A stretch of DNA of 64,000 bases from Prochlorococcus sp. AG-355-B18 (GCA_003280965.1 QCDI01000009.1:1-64000); one strand, 5' to 3'. Shown: positions 55,301 to 63,880, counted from the first letter of the stretch. Numbers and translations are program-made. Notes: generated from the sequence alone by a model not told the origin.

Positions 55301-56094
55301 ATTTGAGATGAAGAAAATGAAGTTGTTGTAATTATTAGTTTTATATCTTCTTTTTTAAAAATGTCTATTAATTTCTTTTGGATACTTTGATCTTTTAGAG
55401 TTGAAACAAAAACTGTTTTAGGGGATAGTCCACATTTTCTTAACTGCAAGTTAAGTTTTTCGTTAACATCAATTTCATTGGCCAATAAAAGTGATTTATA
55501 AGAAATTATTCCTATTTTTTCTCCTTTTTCAATTTTCCAATCATATAAATAAGGATCTGGGTAAAAAGTAATTTTTAAAAATTTATCAGGAATTAATATT
55601 TCATCTTTTTGTAGATAATATAAACAATTAAGAAATTTTCTATAGTTATCCAATCCGCCAGATCTTAGTAATCTAGAAATATTTAGTGCAATATTTTTAT
55701 CAATGCTACTTATTTCACATAAGGATACTTCCTGATCAATAGTCCCAGAGAGGATTATAAGTCTCCTTTTTTTATTAACTTCTTGCCAATTTAGAAGTTG
55801 TTCAATTCCATAATTCCAAGTACCTTTATCTCCGAATAATCTTAGTATGACAACTTTTGCATAATTAACGGTTTTTAAAAGATAGTTATCTATTTGGGTT
55901 AAGGAATTTAAATTAGAAATTTCTATGGCCCTTATATTATTTGTTAATGAAGAGAATTCCTCTTCTAACAATAGGTTTGATATGAGATTTAAATCAGCTT
56001 TAACACTTGTTATAAAAATAAAATCGGCTACTGGTTGCTCTATTAAATCATCATTATTCTTTTCATTTCCTGCGATATTTAGTATCCTGTGCAT
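52357..56094 (-). CDS. cobN: Cobaltochelatase subunit CobN
   Basis: PEFDGRI, HIGKHGTVEWLPGK, QAKRR, SGAPTRG..LPTGKNF, RPRVDV..RISG.FRD, DSDDYYQF. Start set at ATG 56094 (MHRI). Confidence 0.95.
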   Translation of the reverse strand: MHRILNIAGNEKNNDDLIEQPVADFIFITSVKADLNLISNLLLEEEFSSLTNNIRAIEISNLNSLTQIDNYLLKTVNYAKVVILRLFGDKGTWNYGIEQLLNWQEVNKKRRLIILSGTIDQEVSLCEISSIDKNIALNISRLLRSGGLDNYRKFLNCLYYLQKDEILIPDKFLKITFYPDPYLYDWKIEKGEKIGIISYKSLLLANEIDVNEKLNLQLRKCGLSPKTVFVSTLKDQSIQKKLIDIFKKEDIKLIITTTSFSSSQIKNNDLIENSINIFTSLKIPILQLLSSNRSRQNWLNSSIGMNSSELLMQIIIPEFDGRITTCPSAFKEIISVKNTLYSEITSYKADTDGIKWISKLAKNYVILQKLDNFNKNICLVISNYPVKNGRIGNGVGLNTPTSIINILNWLKEEGYDLGSGDHPQDSSELMSMLIKTRTNDIESQNNKPLDYLPLREYLKYWNYLEIDPKNLIVKRWGQPSEAIDLDNEGFSINGLKFGKITLLIQPQRGYDSYTDRDIHSPDLPPPHRYLAQYHWIDKVFNANAICHIGKHGTVEWLPGKSIGLSNKCFPNIICPAIPNIYPFIVNDPGEGSQAKRRTAATIIDHLTPPLDRSELYGKYSNLENYLDEYFEAKLLNSNRIEIIEKSIFDLIKRDFTEISLDNKYNQIEEIDSFLCQIKESQIRTGLHVFGNRQNEINEINLFLCIARVPTASRIGVVQYIAEHLRLDLNPWTNKYDQKLSVKDKKILFTFSKKNILNFRMSIEFLEQQAKYLIYLFFYKEKANIKNLEKYKNQKIIDLFFNSKKHNDYFLLLKNEILNPIINSSYNEKFSFINSLNGQYIKSGPSGAPTRGKTEALPTGKNFFSVDSRGLPTESAWIVGCKSASQILDLYKQENGEDLKNIAISVWATSTMRNGGEDICQILYLLGVQPIWDGPSRRVIDLEIIPLSILDRPRVDVTLRISGMFRDAFPQLVKLTSKAIILVSNLNENDIFNPLAKALKEGDPINRIFGSAPSSYGAGLQELISNSNWENIDDFGESFLNWSKWIYNDNSEPIEDKKSLENALKNVQLVVHNQDNKEHDILDSDDYYQFQGGLSSAIKKIRGKFPEMYHGDLSKFGLSKISKLKDEINKVVISRILNPKWINGMKDNGYKGAFEFSASLDYLYAFDATTDVVSDWCYEDVYKSWLCDQDLLNFFLENNPWALRDISQRFLEIINRKMWKNCSSEVTENLKHIIINTDSIIEKNEF

Positions 56095-56166
56095 TTTTAT
56101 ATATAAATAAGGTTTAGAATACATAGGTAGGATAAAACAATTTTACCTTAATTAAATAAATTAAAT

Positions 56167-57078
56167 ATGCATGAATTTCTTCCATACGCCTGGTTCGAAG
56201 GTAAATGTATTCCATTTAAAGATGCAAAAATATCAATAGCTACTCATGCTCTTCATTACGGTACCGCTGCATTTGGCGGAATGCGAGCGATACCTAACCC
56301 TTCGGATAAAGAAGAATTCCTTTTGTTTAGAACTGATAAACACATAAAAAGATTATCTCAAAGTGCAAAATTACTCCTAACTGATATTTCTGAAGAATAT
56401 ATTTTTAATGCCTTAGAGGAAGTTATAAAAAGAAACAAGCCACAAAAACCTATTTATATAAGACCATTTGTATATACAAGCGATTTAGGTATAGCTCCAA
56501 GGTTACACAATATTGAAACAGATTTTTTTGTTTATTGTATTGAACTAGGAGATTATCTATCCCCAGATGGTGTTTCTTGTAGAATGAGTAGTTGGACAAG
56601 ACAAGAAGATAGATCTCTTCCATTGAGAGGAAAAATAAGTGGAGCATATATCACTAGTTCATTAGCTAAAACAGAAGCTAGTTTATCTGGATTTGACGAA
56701 GCCTTACTATTAAATTCAAATGGTAAGGTAAGTGAAGCTAGTGGAATGAATCTATTTATAGTAAGAAATGGAGAATTAATTACTCCCGGTGTAGATCAAG
56801 ATATCCTTGAAGGAATAACTAGAGCTAGCGTAATTGAATTAGCAAAATCATTTGGAATAAATGTAATTGAAAGGCCTGTTGATAAAACAGAATTATTAAT
56901 AGCAGATGAAGTTTTTCTAACTGGTACAGCAGCAAAAATTACACCAGTTAAAAAAATTGAATCAACTGATTTAAATGCTGAAAGGCCAATAATGAATAAA
57001 TTAAAAAGTAAGCTTATAGAAATAACAGAAGGTCGCTCTCAAGACTATGATAATTGGGTAACCAGAATTTCAATATAA
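56167..57078 (+). CDS. ilvE: Branched-chain amino acid aminotransferase
   Basis: HALHYGT, KISGAY (PLP lysine), EASGMNLF, LEGITR, FLTGTAA. Confidence 0.95.
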   Translation: MHEFLPYAWFEGKCIPFKDAKISIATHALHYGTAAFGGMRAIPNPSDKEEFLLFRTDKHIKRLSQSAKLLLTDISEEYIFNALEEVIKRNKPQKPIYIRPFVYTSDLGIAPRLHNIETDFFVYCIELGDYLSPDGVSCRMSSWTRQEDRSLPLRGKISGAYITSSLAKTEASLSGFDEALLLNSNGKVSEASGMNLFIVRNGELITPGVDQDILEGITRASVIELAKSFGINVIERPVDKTELLIADEVFLTGTAAKITPVKKIESTDLNAERPIMNKLKSKLIEITEGRSQDYDNWVTRISI

Positions 57079-57098
57079 TAAGTTGATTTTTAACAAAA

Positions 57099-60000
57099 AT
57101 GGAATCTTTCAGAACCTATCTAAATAGAGATGAAAAGCCATTAATTATTTTTGACGGGGGTACAGGTACATCTTTTCAGAATTTAAATCTTACTGCTGAT
57201 GACTTTGGAGGAAAAGAATTAGAGGGATGTAATGAAAACCTTGTTTTATCATCACCAAGGGTAGTTGAAAAGGTTCATAACTCATTTTTAGAAGCAGGTT
57301 GTCATGTTATAGAAACTAATACATTTGGAGCCTCATCCATAGTTCTTGATGAATATAGTATTGCGAATAAGGCTTATGAGATAAATAAAAATGCGGCAAT
57401 AATAGCAAAAAAAGCTGCTGCCAAGTATTCAACAATTGATAAACCAAGGTTTGTTGCTGGTTCAATTGGACCAACGACAAAATTACCCACATTAGGGCAT
57501 ATAGATTTTGATGAATTAAAGGAATCATATAAAGAACAAATATATGGTCTTATAGATGGAGGGGTTGATCTTCTTTTAATTGAAACTTGTCAGGATGTTC
57601 TGCAAATTAAATCTGCCTTATTAGCATCAAAAGAAATACTTGATAGTAAGAATATAGATATACCTGTAATGGTCTCTATAACAATGGAAACAACAGGCAC
57701 TATGCTTGTTGGATCTGATATTGCATCTGCACTAACAATATTAGAGCCATTTAACATAGATATTCTTGGACTTAATTGTGCAACTGGTCCAGAACAAATG
57801 AAGGAACATATTAAATATTTATCTGAAAACTCACCCTTCGCTATAAGTTGTATTCCTAATGCAGGTCTACCTGAAAATATTGGTGGTGTGGCTCACTACA
57901 GATTAAAACCAATAGAATTAAAAATGCAATTAATGAATTTTATATATGACTTTAATGTTCAATTAATCGGGGGATGTTGTGGTACGAAACCTGAACATAT
58001 TAAGTATCTTTCTTCAATAATCGATGAAATTATTTATAACGAAAGTAGTAACAAAAAAGGTAAGAACAATTCAAGCGGTTTTATACCCTCTGCATCTTCT
58101 ATTTATAATTCTGTGCCATACAAACAAGATAATTCCATTTTGATTGTTGGAGAAAGATTAAATGCAAGTGGTTCTAAAAAGGTAAGGGAGTTATTAAATA
58201 ATGACGATTGGGATGGTCTAGTTTCGATTGCTAAGCAACAGCAAAAAGAAAATGCTCATGTTCTTGATGTGAATGTGGATTATGTGGGAAGAGACGGAGT
58301 AAAAGATATGAAAGAAATTACATCAAGACTAGTGACTAATATAAATTTGCCATTAATGATTGATTCAACAGATGCTGACAAAATGGAAAGTGGTTTAAAG
58401 TCAGCTGGAGGTAAATGTATTATAAATTCAACCAATTACGAAGACGGTGATGAAAGGTTTGATCAAGTTCTTAATCTGGCCTTAGGTTATGGTTCAGGAC
58501 TTGTTGTAGGAACAATTGATGAAGATGGAATGGCAAGGGATTCAGAAAAAAAATATAAGATTGTTAAAAGAGCGATTAACAGAACCAGAGAATTTGGTTT
58601 ATCAGACTATGAGCTCTTTTTTGATCCATTAGCTCTTCCAATATCTACTGGAATAGAAGAAGATAGAACAAACGCCAAAGAGACAATTAATGCTATCACT
58701 AAAATTCGTGAAAATTTTCCAGATATTCATATCATATTGGGAATATCGAACATAAGTTTTGGTCTCTCACCATTATCAAGAATTAATTTAAATTCAATAT
58801 TTTTAGATGAATGCATCAAAGCAGGATTGGACTCTGCTATCATCGCACCAAATAAAATTTTGCCCTTATCAAAGATTTCTGTAGAAACCAAAAAGCTTTG
58901 CTTAGATTTGATATATGACAAAAGAAAATTTGAAAATGATATTTGTACCTATGATCCATTAGTTGAACTTACAAAGGCTTTTCAAGATTTATCTATTCAG
59001 GATTTCAAAAAAGCATCTTCAGAAAATAAAAATTTAACTTTGGAAGAAAGTTTAAAAAATCATATTATTGATGGAGAAAAAATTGGTTTAGAAGATCAAT
59101 TAGAAAAAGCGTTACTAAAATATAAACCTCTTGAGATAATTAATACTTTTTTACTAGATGGAATGAAAGTTGTAGGAGATTTATTTGGCTCAGGTCAAAT
59201 GCAATTGCCATTCGTACTCCAATCTGCAGAAACAATGAAATTTGCTGTTTCAATTTTAGAACCACATATGGAAACTGTAGATGAAAACATATCAAATGGA
59301 AAACTCCTAATTGCAACAGTCAAAGGTGATGTTCATGATATTGGAAAAAATTTAGTTGACATAATTCTTACAAATAACGGCTATGACGTTATTAATCTTG
59401 GAATAAAACAAGATGTTTCAGCAATTATAGATGCACAAGAGAAACACAAGGCAGATTGTATCGCTATGAGCGGATTACTTGTAAAGTCAACTGCGTTTAT
59501 GAAAGATAATTTAGAGGCTTTTAATAATGCAGATATTAGTGTACCAGTGATATTAGGTGGAGCAGCATTAACGCCCAAATTTGTTAATGAGGACTGCAGC
59601 AAAATATATAAAGGAAAAATATTATACGGAAAAGATGCTTTCACTGATCTAAAATTCATGAATGAATATATGGATAATAAAAAAAAGGGTAATTGGTCAA
59701 ATACAGAAGGATTTATTAATAAAGAAGGCATAAATATTAATTTAGCCTCATCAAAAACTGATACTGAAGTGATTAAAAAATCAATATCCCTAACTACCTC
59801 GACGGCAAAATTAAATCATAAAGAAAGTTTTATAAGATCTAAATTTATAACTGAAGAAGAACCAATTAAACCTCCTTTTTTGGGAACGAAAGTATTATTC
59901 GAAGATGATATAGATTTTAATAAGTTAATTTTTTATTTAGATAGAAAAGCTTTATTTAGTGGACAATGGCAAATTAAAAAAGGGAAAAACCAAAGCGTAG

Positions 60001-60665
60001 ATGAATACAATAACTATTTAGATTCGTATGCAAAACCATTATTAGATAAATGGTTAGAGATAATAATAGAAAAAAAACTTATTTCACCAAAAGCAGTTTA
60101 TGGCTATTTTAGATGTGGTAGAAAAGGGAATAGTATTTTTTTATTTGATGATAAATCTTTAAATAAGATTTCCCAATTCAATTTTCCGAGACAGAAATCT
60201 GGGAACAATCTTTGTATATCTGATTTCTATTGTGATTTAAAAAATGATAAACCAAGAGATATATTTCCTATGCAGGCAGTAACAATGGGTGATATTGCTA
60301 GTGAATATTCTCAAAAATTATTTAAAGAAGATAAATATAGTGATTATTTATTATTCCATGGACTTACCGTACAGTTAGCAGAAGCTCTAGCTGAGTATGT
60401 CCATGGATTAATTCGTATTGAATGTGGTTTCAGGAATGAAGAACCAGATAAAAATAGAGAAATACTTGCGCAAAAATATAGAGGAGCTAGATATTCTTTT
60501 GGATATCCTGCATGTCCAAAAGTTTCTGATTCAAACATACAATTATCATTGTTAGATGCAAAAAGAATTAATTTGACCATGGATGAATCAGAACAACTTC
60601 ATCCTGAACAAAGTACTACAGCTATCATTTCACTTCACTCAAAAGCTAAATATTTCAGCGCTTAA
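57099..60665 (+). CDS. metH: Cobalamin-dependent methionine synthase
   Basis: DGGTGT, LNCATG, GGCCGT, GERLN, DVHDIGKN (B12-binding), RYSFGYPACP, PEQST. Confidence 0.98.
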   Translation: MESFRTYLNRDEKPLIIFDGGTGTSFQNLNLTADDFGGKELEGCNENLVLSSPRVVEKVHNSFLEAGCHVIETNTFGASSIVLDEYSIANKAYEINKNAAIIAKKAAAKYSTIDKPRFVAGSIGPTTKLPTLGHIDFDELKESYKEQIYGLIDGGVDLLLIETCQDVLQIKSALLASKEILDSKNIDIPVMVSITMETTGTMLVGSDIASALTILEPFNIDILGLNCATGPEQMKEHIKYLSENSPFAISCIPNAGLPENIGGVAHYRLKPIELKMQLMNFIYDFNVQLIGGCCGTKPEHIKYLSSIIDEIIYNESSNKKGKNNSSGFIPSASSIYNSVPYKQDNSILIVGERLNASGSKKVRELLNNDDWDGLVSIAKQQQKENAHVLDVNVDYVGRDGVKDMKEITSRLVTNINLPLMIDSTDADKMESGLKSAGGKCIINSTNYEDGDERFDQVLNLALGYGSGLVVGTIDEDGMARDSEKKYKIVKRAINRTREFGLSDYELFFDPLALPISTGIEEDRTNAKETINAITKIRENFPDIHIILGISNISFGLSPLSRINLNSIFLDECIKAGLDSAIIAPNKILPLSKISVETKKLCLDLIYDKRKFENDICTYDPLVELTKAFQDLSIQDFKKASSENKNLTLEESLKNHIIDGEKIGLEDQLEKALLKYKPLEIINTFLLDGMKVVGDLFGSGQMQLPFVLQSAETMKFAVSILEPHMETVDENISNGKLLIATVKGDVHDIGKNLVDIILTNNGYDVINLGIKQDVSAIIDAQEKHKADCIAMSGLLVKSTAFMKDNLEAFNNADISVPVILGGAALTPKFVNEDCSKIYKGKILYGKDAFTDLKFMNEYMDNKKKGNWSNTEGFINKEGININLASSKTDTEVIKKSISLTTSTAKLNHKESFIRSKFITEEEPIKPPFLGTKVLFEDDIDFNKLIFYLDRKALFSGQWQIKKGKNQSVDEYNNYLDSYAKPLLDKWLEIIIEKKLISPKAVYGYFRCGRKGNSIFLFDDKSLNKISQFNFPRQKSGNNLCISDFYCDLKNDKPRDIFPMQAVTMGDIASEYSQKLFKEDKYSDYLLFHGLTVQLAEALAEYVHGLIRIECGFRNEEPDKNREILAQKYRGARYSFGYPACPKVSDSNIQLSLLDAKRINLTMDESEQLHPEQSTTAIISLHSKAKYFSA

Positions 60666-60680
60666 CTTAAATTTAAATCT

Positions 60681-60899
60681 TTAGTTTTTTTCAAGATATT
60701 CAATAATTTCTTCCTGAAGTTCTTCCATTGTTTCATCATCACCCAGATCAAGTCCCTCACCAGCTGCATCCTGAGTTAATTCAAGATAGTATGAAGCACC
60801 ATCACTAGATAAAAACTCTAATGCAGATGTTTCTTCACTTTCTTTAAAAGCATCATATAGAGCCTTAAAGGCTATGTTTTCAGTAAAGTCCCAATCCAT
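60681..60899 (-). CDS. Highly acidic small hypothetical protein (72 aa)
   Basis: Non-overlapping ORF with 22 Asp/Glu, 3 Lys and no Arg. Confidence 0.75.
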   Translation of the reverse strand: MDWDFTENIAFKALYDAFKESEETSALEFLSSDGASYYLELTQDAAGEGLDLGDDETMEELQEEIIEYLEKN

Positions 60900-61002
60900 A
60901 ATGAAAAAAACCTTATTAGAATTATTACCTCCTTACCCCCCATACTCGTCAACCTTTTTTTAAGAAATGTTGGTGTTTTATTATTAAAAAAAACAAAAAT
61001 CT

Positions 61003-61386
61003 ATGACAAATAAAAATCAGATTCAATTGAATGTCTTAGGAGAAAAAATTGAAGTTTGTAGTTGTGAGCCTATGACAGGCTGGTTCAGAGATGGTTTTTG
61101 CAATTATGACAATAATGATGGAGGTAATCATTCTATATGCTGTGTAATGGATGATAATTTCCTGAAATATAGTAAATCACAAGGCAATGATTTAATAACA
61201 CCGATGCCTATTTATTCCTTCCCAGGACTTAAGGATGGTGATCATTGGTGTATTTGTCTGGATAGATGGAAACAAGCATTATTAGACGGACTTGCACCTA
61301 AAGTTATATTAGAGTCAACGAATATTGTGGTCTTAGAATCGGTACCCCTAGAAAAATTGAAAGAATATCAATTTAATAAAAATTAA
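61003..61386 (+). CDS. DUF2237-family protein
   Basis: NVLGE..EVCS.EPMTGWFRDGFC, FLKYSKSQGNDL.TP, FPGLKDGDHWC.C..RW. Confidence 0.9.
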   Translation: MTNKNQIQLNVLGEKIEVCSCEPMTGWFRDGFCNYDNNDGGNHSICCVMDDNFLKYSKSQGNDLITPMPIYSFPGLKDGDHWCICLDRWKQALLDGLAPKVILESTNIVVLESVPLEKLKEYQFNKN

Positions 61387-61434
61387 TTACAAATTTATTA
61401 TTTTTTTTAGAATAATTATGATAATTTTTTTTAA

Positions 61435-62265
61435 ATGAGTTTAGAAATATATTGGAAAAAAGCTCTAGAGCAAACTAGATTATCAATTGATAATGAATCA
61501 TTATATCCTCTCAAGACTGATATTATCACGAGTGATTTGTATCATAAAAATGACTTCATAATTAGGAAGCTTGATACTTCAAAATTTAATAAAAAAAAAA
61601 TTTATGGTCCTAAGCAGAATCCATTTTATCCATGGGAAAAAATATTAGAAATTGACAAAATAGGTGATCATCATCAATTAATTTTAAATAAGTACCCTGT
61701 ACAAAAAGGACATATTTTACTGATTACAAATAATTGGAAGCCTCAAAATGGATGGTTAGATATTAATGATTGGAAAGCGATTCAACATGTTAATAAAGAT
61801 ACTAGTGGTTTATGGTTTTTCAATAGTTCTCCAATTGCAGGAGCAAGTCAGCCACACAGGCATTTTCAACTGCTACGCAGATCTAAAGATGAGATATCAT
61901 GCCCAAGAGAAAAATGGTTTTTAGAAATGGAATTAAGTAAGGATAGTGACTGTAAGCTTAAAAAAAATATTATTGTATCCAAATTTAATTTCTTAGAAAA
62001 TTCTATATCTCTTTTTGAATTGTATTTAGAGTTATGTAAGAAATTAGGACTTGGAGACCCAATTAATAACATTCAACCTAAATATCCATATAATCTTTTA
62101 ATAACTAATAAATGGATCGCAGTCATTAAAAGAAAATATGATCATATCCATGGTTTTAGTATTAACGGATTGGGTTTCGCTGGATATTTATTGGTAACTG
62201 AAAAATCGAATATTAATTATTTAAGAAAATTTGGCCCTGAAAAACTTTTAGAAAGCTTTGTTTGA
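61435..62265 (+). CDS. ATP adenylyltransferase / Ap4A phosphorylase (HIT superfamily, Apa2-like)
   Basis: NPF, LNKYPV..GH.LL, FFNS...AGASQPHRHFQ (HxHxQ), NGLGFAG. Confidence 0.88.
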   Translation: MSLEIYWKKALEQTRLSIDNESLYPLKTDIITSDLYHKNDFIIRKLDTSKFNKKKIYGPKQNPFYPWEKILEIDKIGDHHQLILNKYPVQKGHILLITNNWKPQNGWLDINDWKAIQHVNKDTSGLWFFNSSPIAGASQPHRHFQLLRRSKDEISCPREKWFLEMELSKDSDCKLKKNIIVSKFNFLENSISLFELYLELCKKLGLGDPINNIQPKYPYNLLITNKWIAVIKRKYDHIHGFSINGLGFAGYLLVTEKSNINYLRKFGPEKLLESFV

Positions 62266-62268
62266 ACA

Positions 62269-62448
62269 CTAATTAGTAACTTCAACTTCTTTATCCCTGG
62301 TTATTTGGTTTTCTAAAACTTCTATAGAAGCAGTCACAGAGGCAATTTTACGTTCAAGTGAATCTTTAATATAATTGAGCATTTCTAATTTCTTATGTTG
62401 ATAAAAACTCTTTTTTTCTTTTGATGATTTGAAATTACAATTGAACAT
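62269..62448 (-). CDS. Small coiled-coil hypothetical protein, 59 aa (MFNCNFKSSKEKKSFYQHKKLEMLNYIKDSLERKIASVTASIEVLENQITRDKEVEVTN), not in ORF track
   Basis: ATG at 62448, TAG at 62271-62269. Fills the gap without overlap and has the heptad pattern L..I...L...I..V...I..L...I. Confidence 0.7.
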   Translation of the reverse strand: MFNCNFKSSKEKKSFYQHKKLEMLNYIKDSLERKIASVTASIEVLENQITRDKEVEVTN

Positions 62449-62592
62449 TTTTATTTTTATTATAAAAAGATATTAGATTGACTTGTGACATGCAAATAAG
62501 TTGGTTTTAATTTATAAACAATAAGTCGTATAGACTTTCAATTATTTTTGAATAAAATTAAGTAAATTCTTTATTATTCAAGATATAAATTA

Positions 62593-63609
62593 TTGAATAT
62601 TCCTGAAAATTCAAATACTAAAAGAATTTCAATTGATTTACCTGAGGAATTAATCTCTAAGTTTGATCAATTACGAAAAGAGTGGGGATTTAGATCAAGA
62701 GGTCCTGTAATTGAAAAGTTAATAACAGAACTTCTTAAAGAAGATGAATTTCTACCAAAGAACAAACAGCAAGAAATAGACTTTAGTGATAACAATAATA
62801 ATATTAATGAAAACTATAATATTGATGAAAATACTGCATTGGTATTAATTAAAACAGATATTAAAGAAGAAATTAAGGAAAGTGATCTAAAATCAATCGT
62901 TTCAAATAATGATGAATGCAAAGAAAAAGCTAAATTAGATATAAGCCTTCCCAATTTTGTTGAAAAAAAAGTAAAGAATCTAAGAAGGAGTATTAATAGT
63001 GAAAAGTTAAAGGAGAAAATTAATGATATTCAAATTAATACAATTAAAGAAAATGAATTAATAAAATGTCGAATAGCACTGATAAGCCACTGGAAAAACT
63101 TGTACGGAACTACTCCAAATGATCATGTAATAGAAGCATCAATGGATTGGTTTGGAAGAGATATATGGCCAAATCTTGATGGAACAGAAAATTTACCTTT
63201 TACGTGGAGCGCCGCTAACAAATTAATGTCTGAATTATGCCCATATTGGGTAAAGAAAAATCCCACCCTTGAAATAGTTTTATTAATGATTGGTGTTTTA
63301 GAAGACCCATTTGCCACATCTGATTTAATTAATAGAATACCAACACTAGTGAGGAGGTTTGTAAGTAGATTTAAGCGAAATAACAGATCAAATTCATTAG
63401 AAGCGTTGGATTCAACAATGACGGTACATGGAGCACTTAAAATCTTGAATTTATCAACAGCAGCAGGTTCAGCTCATACATTACGAAAAATTAGAGAGGC
63501 ATATAAATTAAAAGCACTAGAGACTCATCCAGATGCTGGAGGATCAACAGATCAAATGAGAAAATTAAATGAAGCTTATCAACTGCTAAAAAATTTGTAC
63601 AGAAATTAG
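62593..63609 (+). CDS. Ribbon-helix-helix (CopG/MetJ/Arc-like) DNA-binding protein fused to a C-terminal J domain
   Basis: N-terminal KRISIDLPEELISKFDQLRKEWGFRSRGPVIEKLITELL is an RHH pattern. C-terminal ALKILNL...IREAYKLKALETHPDAGGSTDQMRKLNEAYQLL is a J domain (HPD codons at 63526-63534). Confidence 0.85.
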   Translation: MNIPENSNTKRISIDLPEELISKFDQLRKEWGFRSRGPVIEKLITELLKEDEFLPKNKQQEIDFSDNNNNINENYNIDENTALVLIKTDIKEEIKESDLKSIVSNNDECKEKAKLDISLPNFVEKKVKNLRRSINSEKLKEKINDIQINTIKENELIKCRIALISHWKNLYGTTPNDHVIEASMDWFGRDIWPNLDGTENLPFTWSAANKLMSELCPYWVKKNPTLEIVLLMIGVLEDPFATSDLINRIPTLVRRFVSRFKRNNRSNSLEALDSTMTVHGALKILNLSTAAGSAHTLRKIREAYKLKALETHPDAGGSTDQMRKLNEAYQLLKNLYRN

Positions 63610-63616
63610 TATTACT

Positions 63617-63667
63617 ATTCTTATATTAGACTCATAATAAGTCTACTAAAGAGTCTTATATTAGATA
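63617..63667. repeat. Phased five-box array, copy 1
   Basis: ATTCT-tatatt-AGACT-cataata-AGTCT-actaaag-AGTCT-tatatt-AGATA. Boxes start at 63617, 63628, 63640, 63652 and 63663. Confidence 0.8.
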
Positions 63668-63829
63668 ACTAATAGTATATTTTTAATTTGAAATTCGCAG
63701 TTTGTTTATTAGTTGTTTATTAACTAATTCTTAAAGTATGAAATTAATATCTAAATATAAAAATGAATGAAAGAGTAATGAATTTCTTTACTATCCTGCA
63801 GACTAAAAGGCTACATAATTAATATTATT

Positions 63830-63880
63830 AATCTCATATAAGACTATAAATAAGTCTAATATATAGTCTTATTTTAGACT
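63830..63880. repeat. Phased five-box array, copy 2
   Basis: AATCT-catata-AGACT-ataaata-AGTCT-aatatat-AGTCT-tatttt-AGACT. Boxes start at 63830, 63841, 63853, 63865 and 63876, with the same 6-7-7-6 spacer pattern as copy 1. Confidence 0.8.

Noticed and set aside
52357..60665. Cobalamin riboswitch near cobN/metH
   Set aside because: The intergenic gaps (72 bp and 20 bp) are too short and AT-rich, and no B12-box motif is visible.
60872..60943. 23-codon minus-strand uORF (MGGKEVIILIRFFSLWIGTLLKT) overlapping the acidic gene start
   Set aside because: It begins inside the putative promoter spacer and has no supporting signal. Probably chance.
377..63317. Antisense or nested ORFs in the supplied track (for example 377-826, 1468-1761, 1589-1774, 15735-16169, 23053-23355, 32976-33287, 42503-42805, 59381-59731, 63123-63317)
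   Set aside because: They overlap well-supported genes, mostly on the opposite strand, and show no recognisable motifs. They are shadow ORFs.
63617..63880. Interpretation of the terminal repeats as a CRISPR array
   Set aside because: The boxes are 5 nt with 6-7 nt spacers. There are no 25-40 nt repeats and no cas genes.
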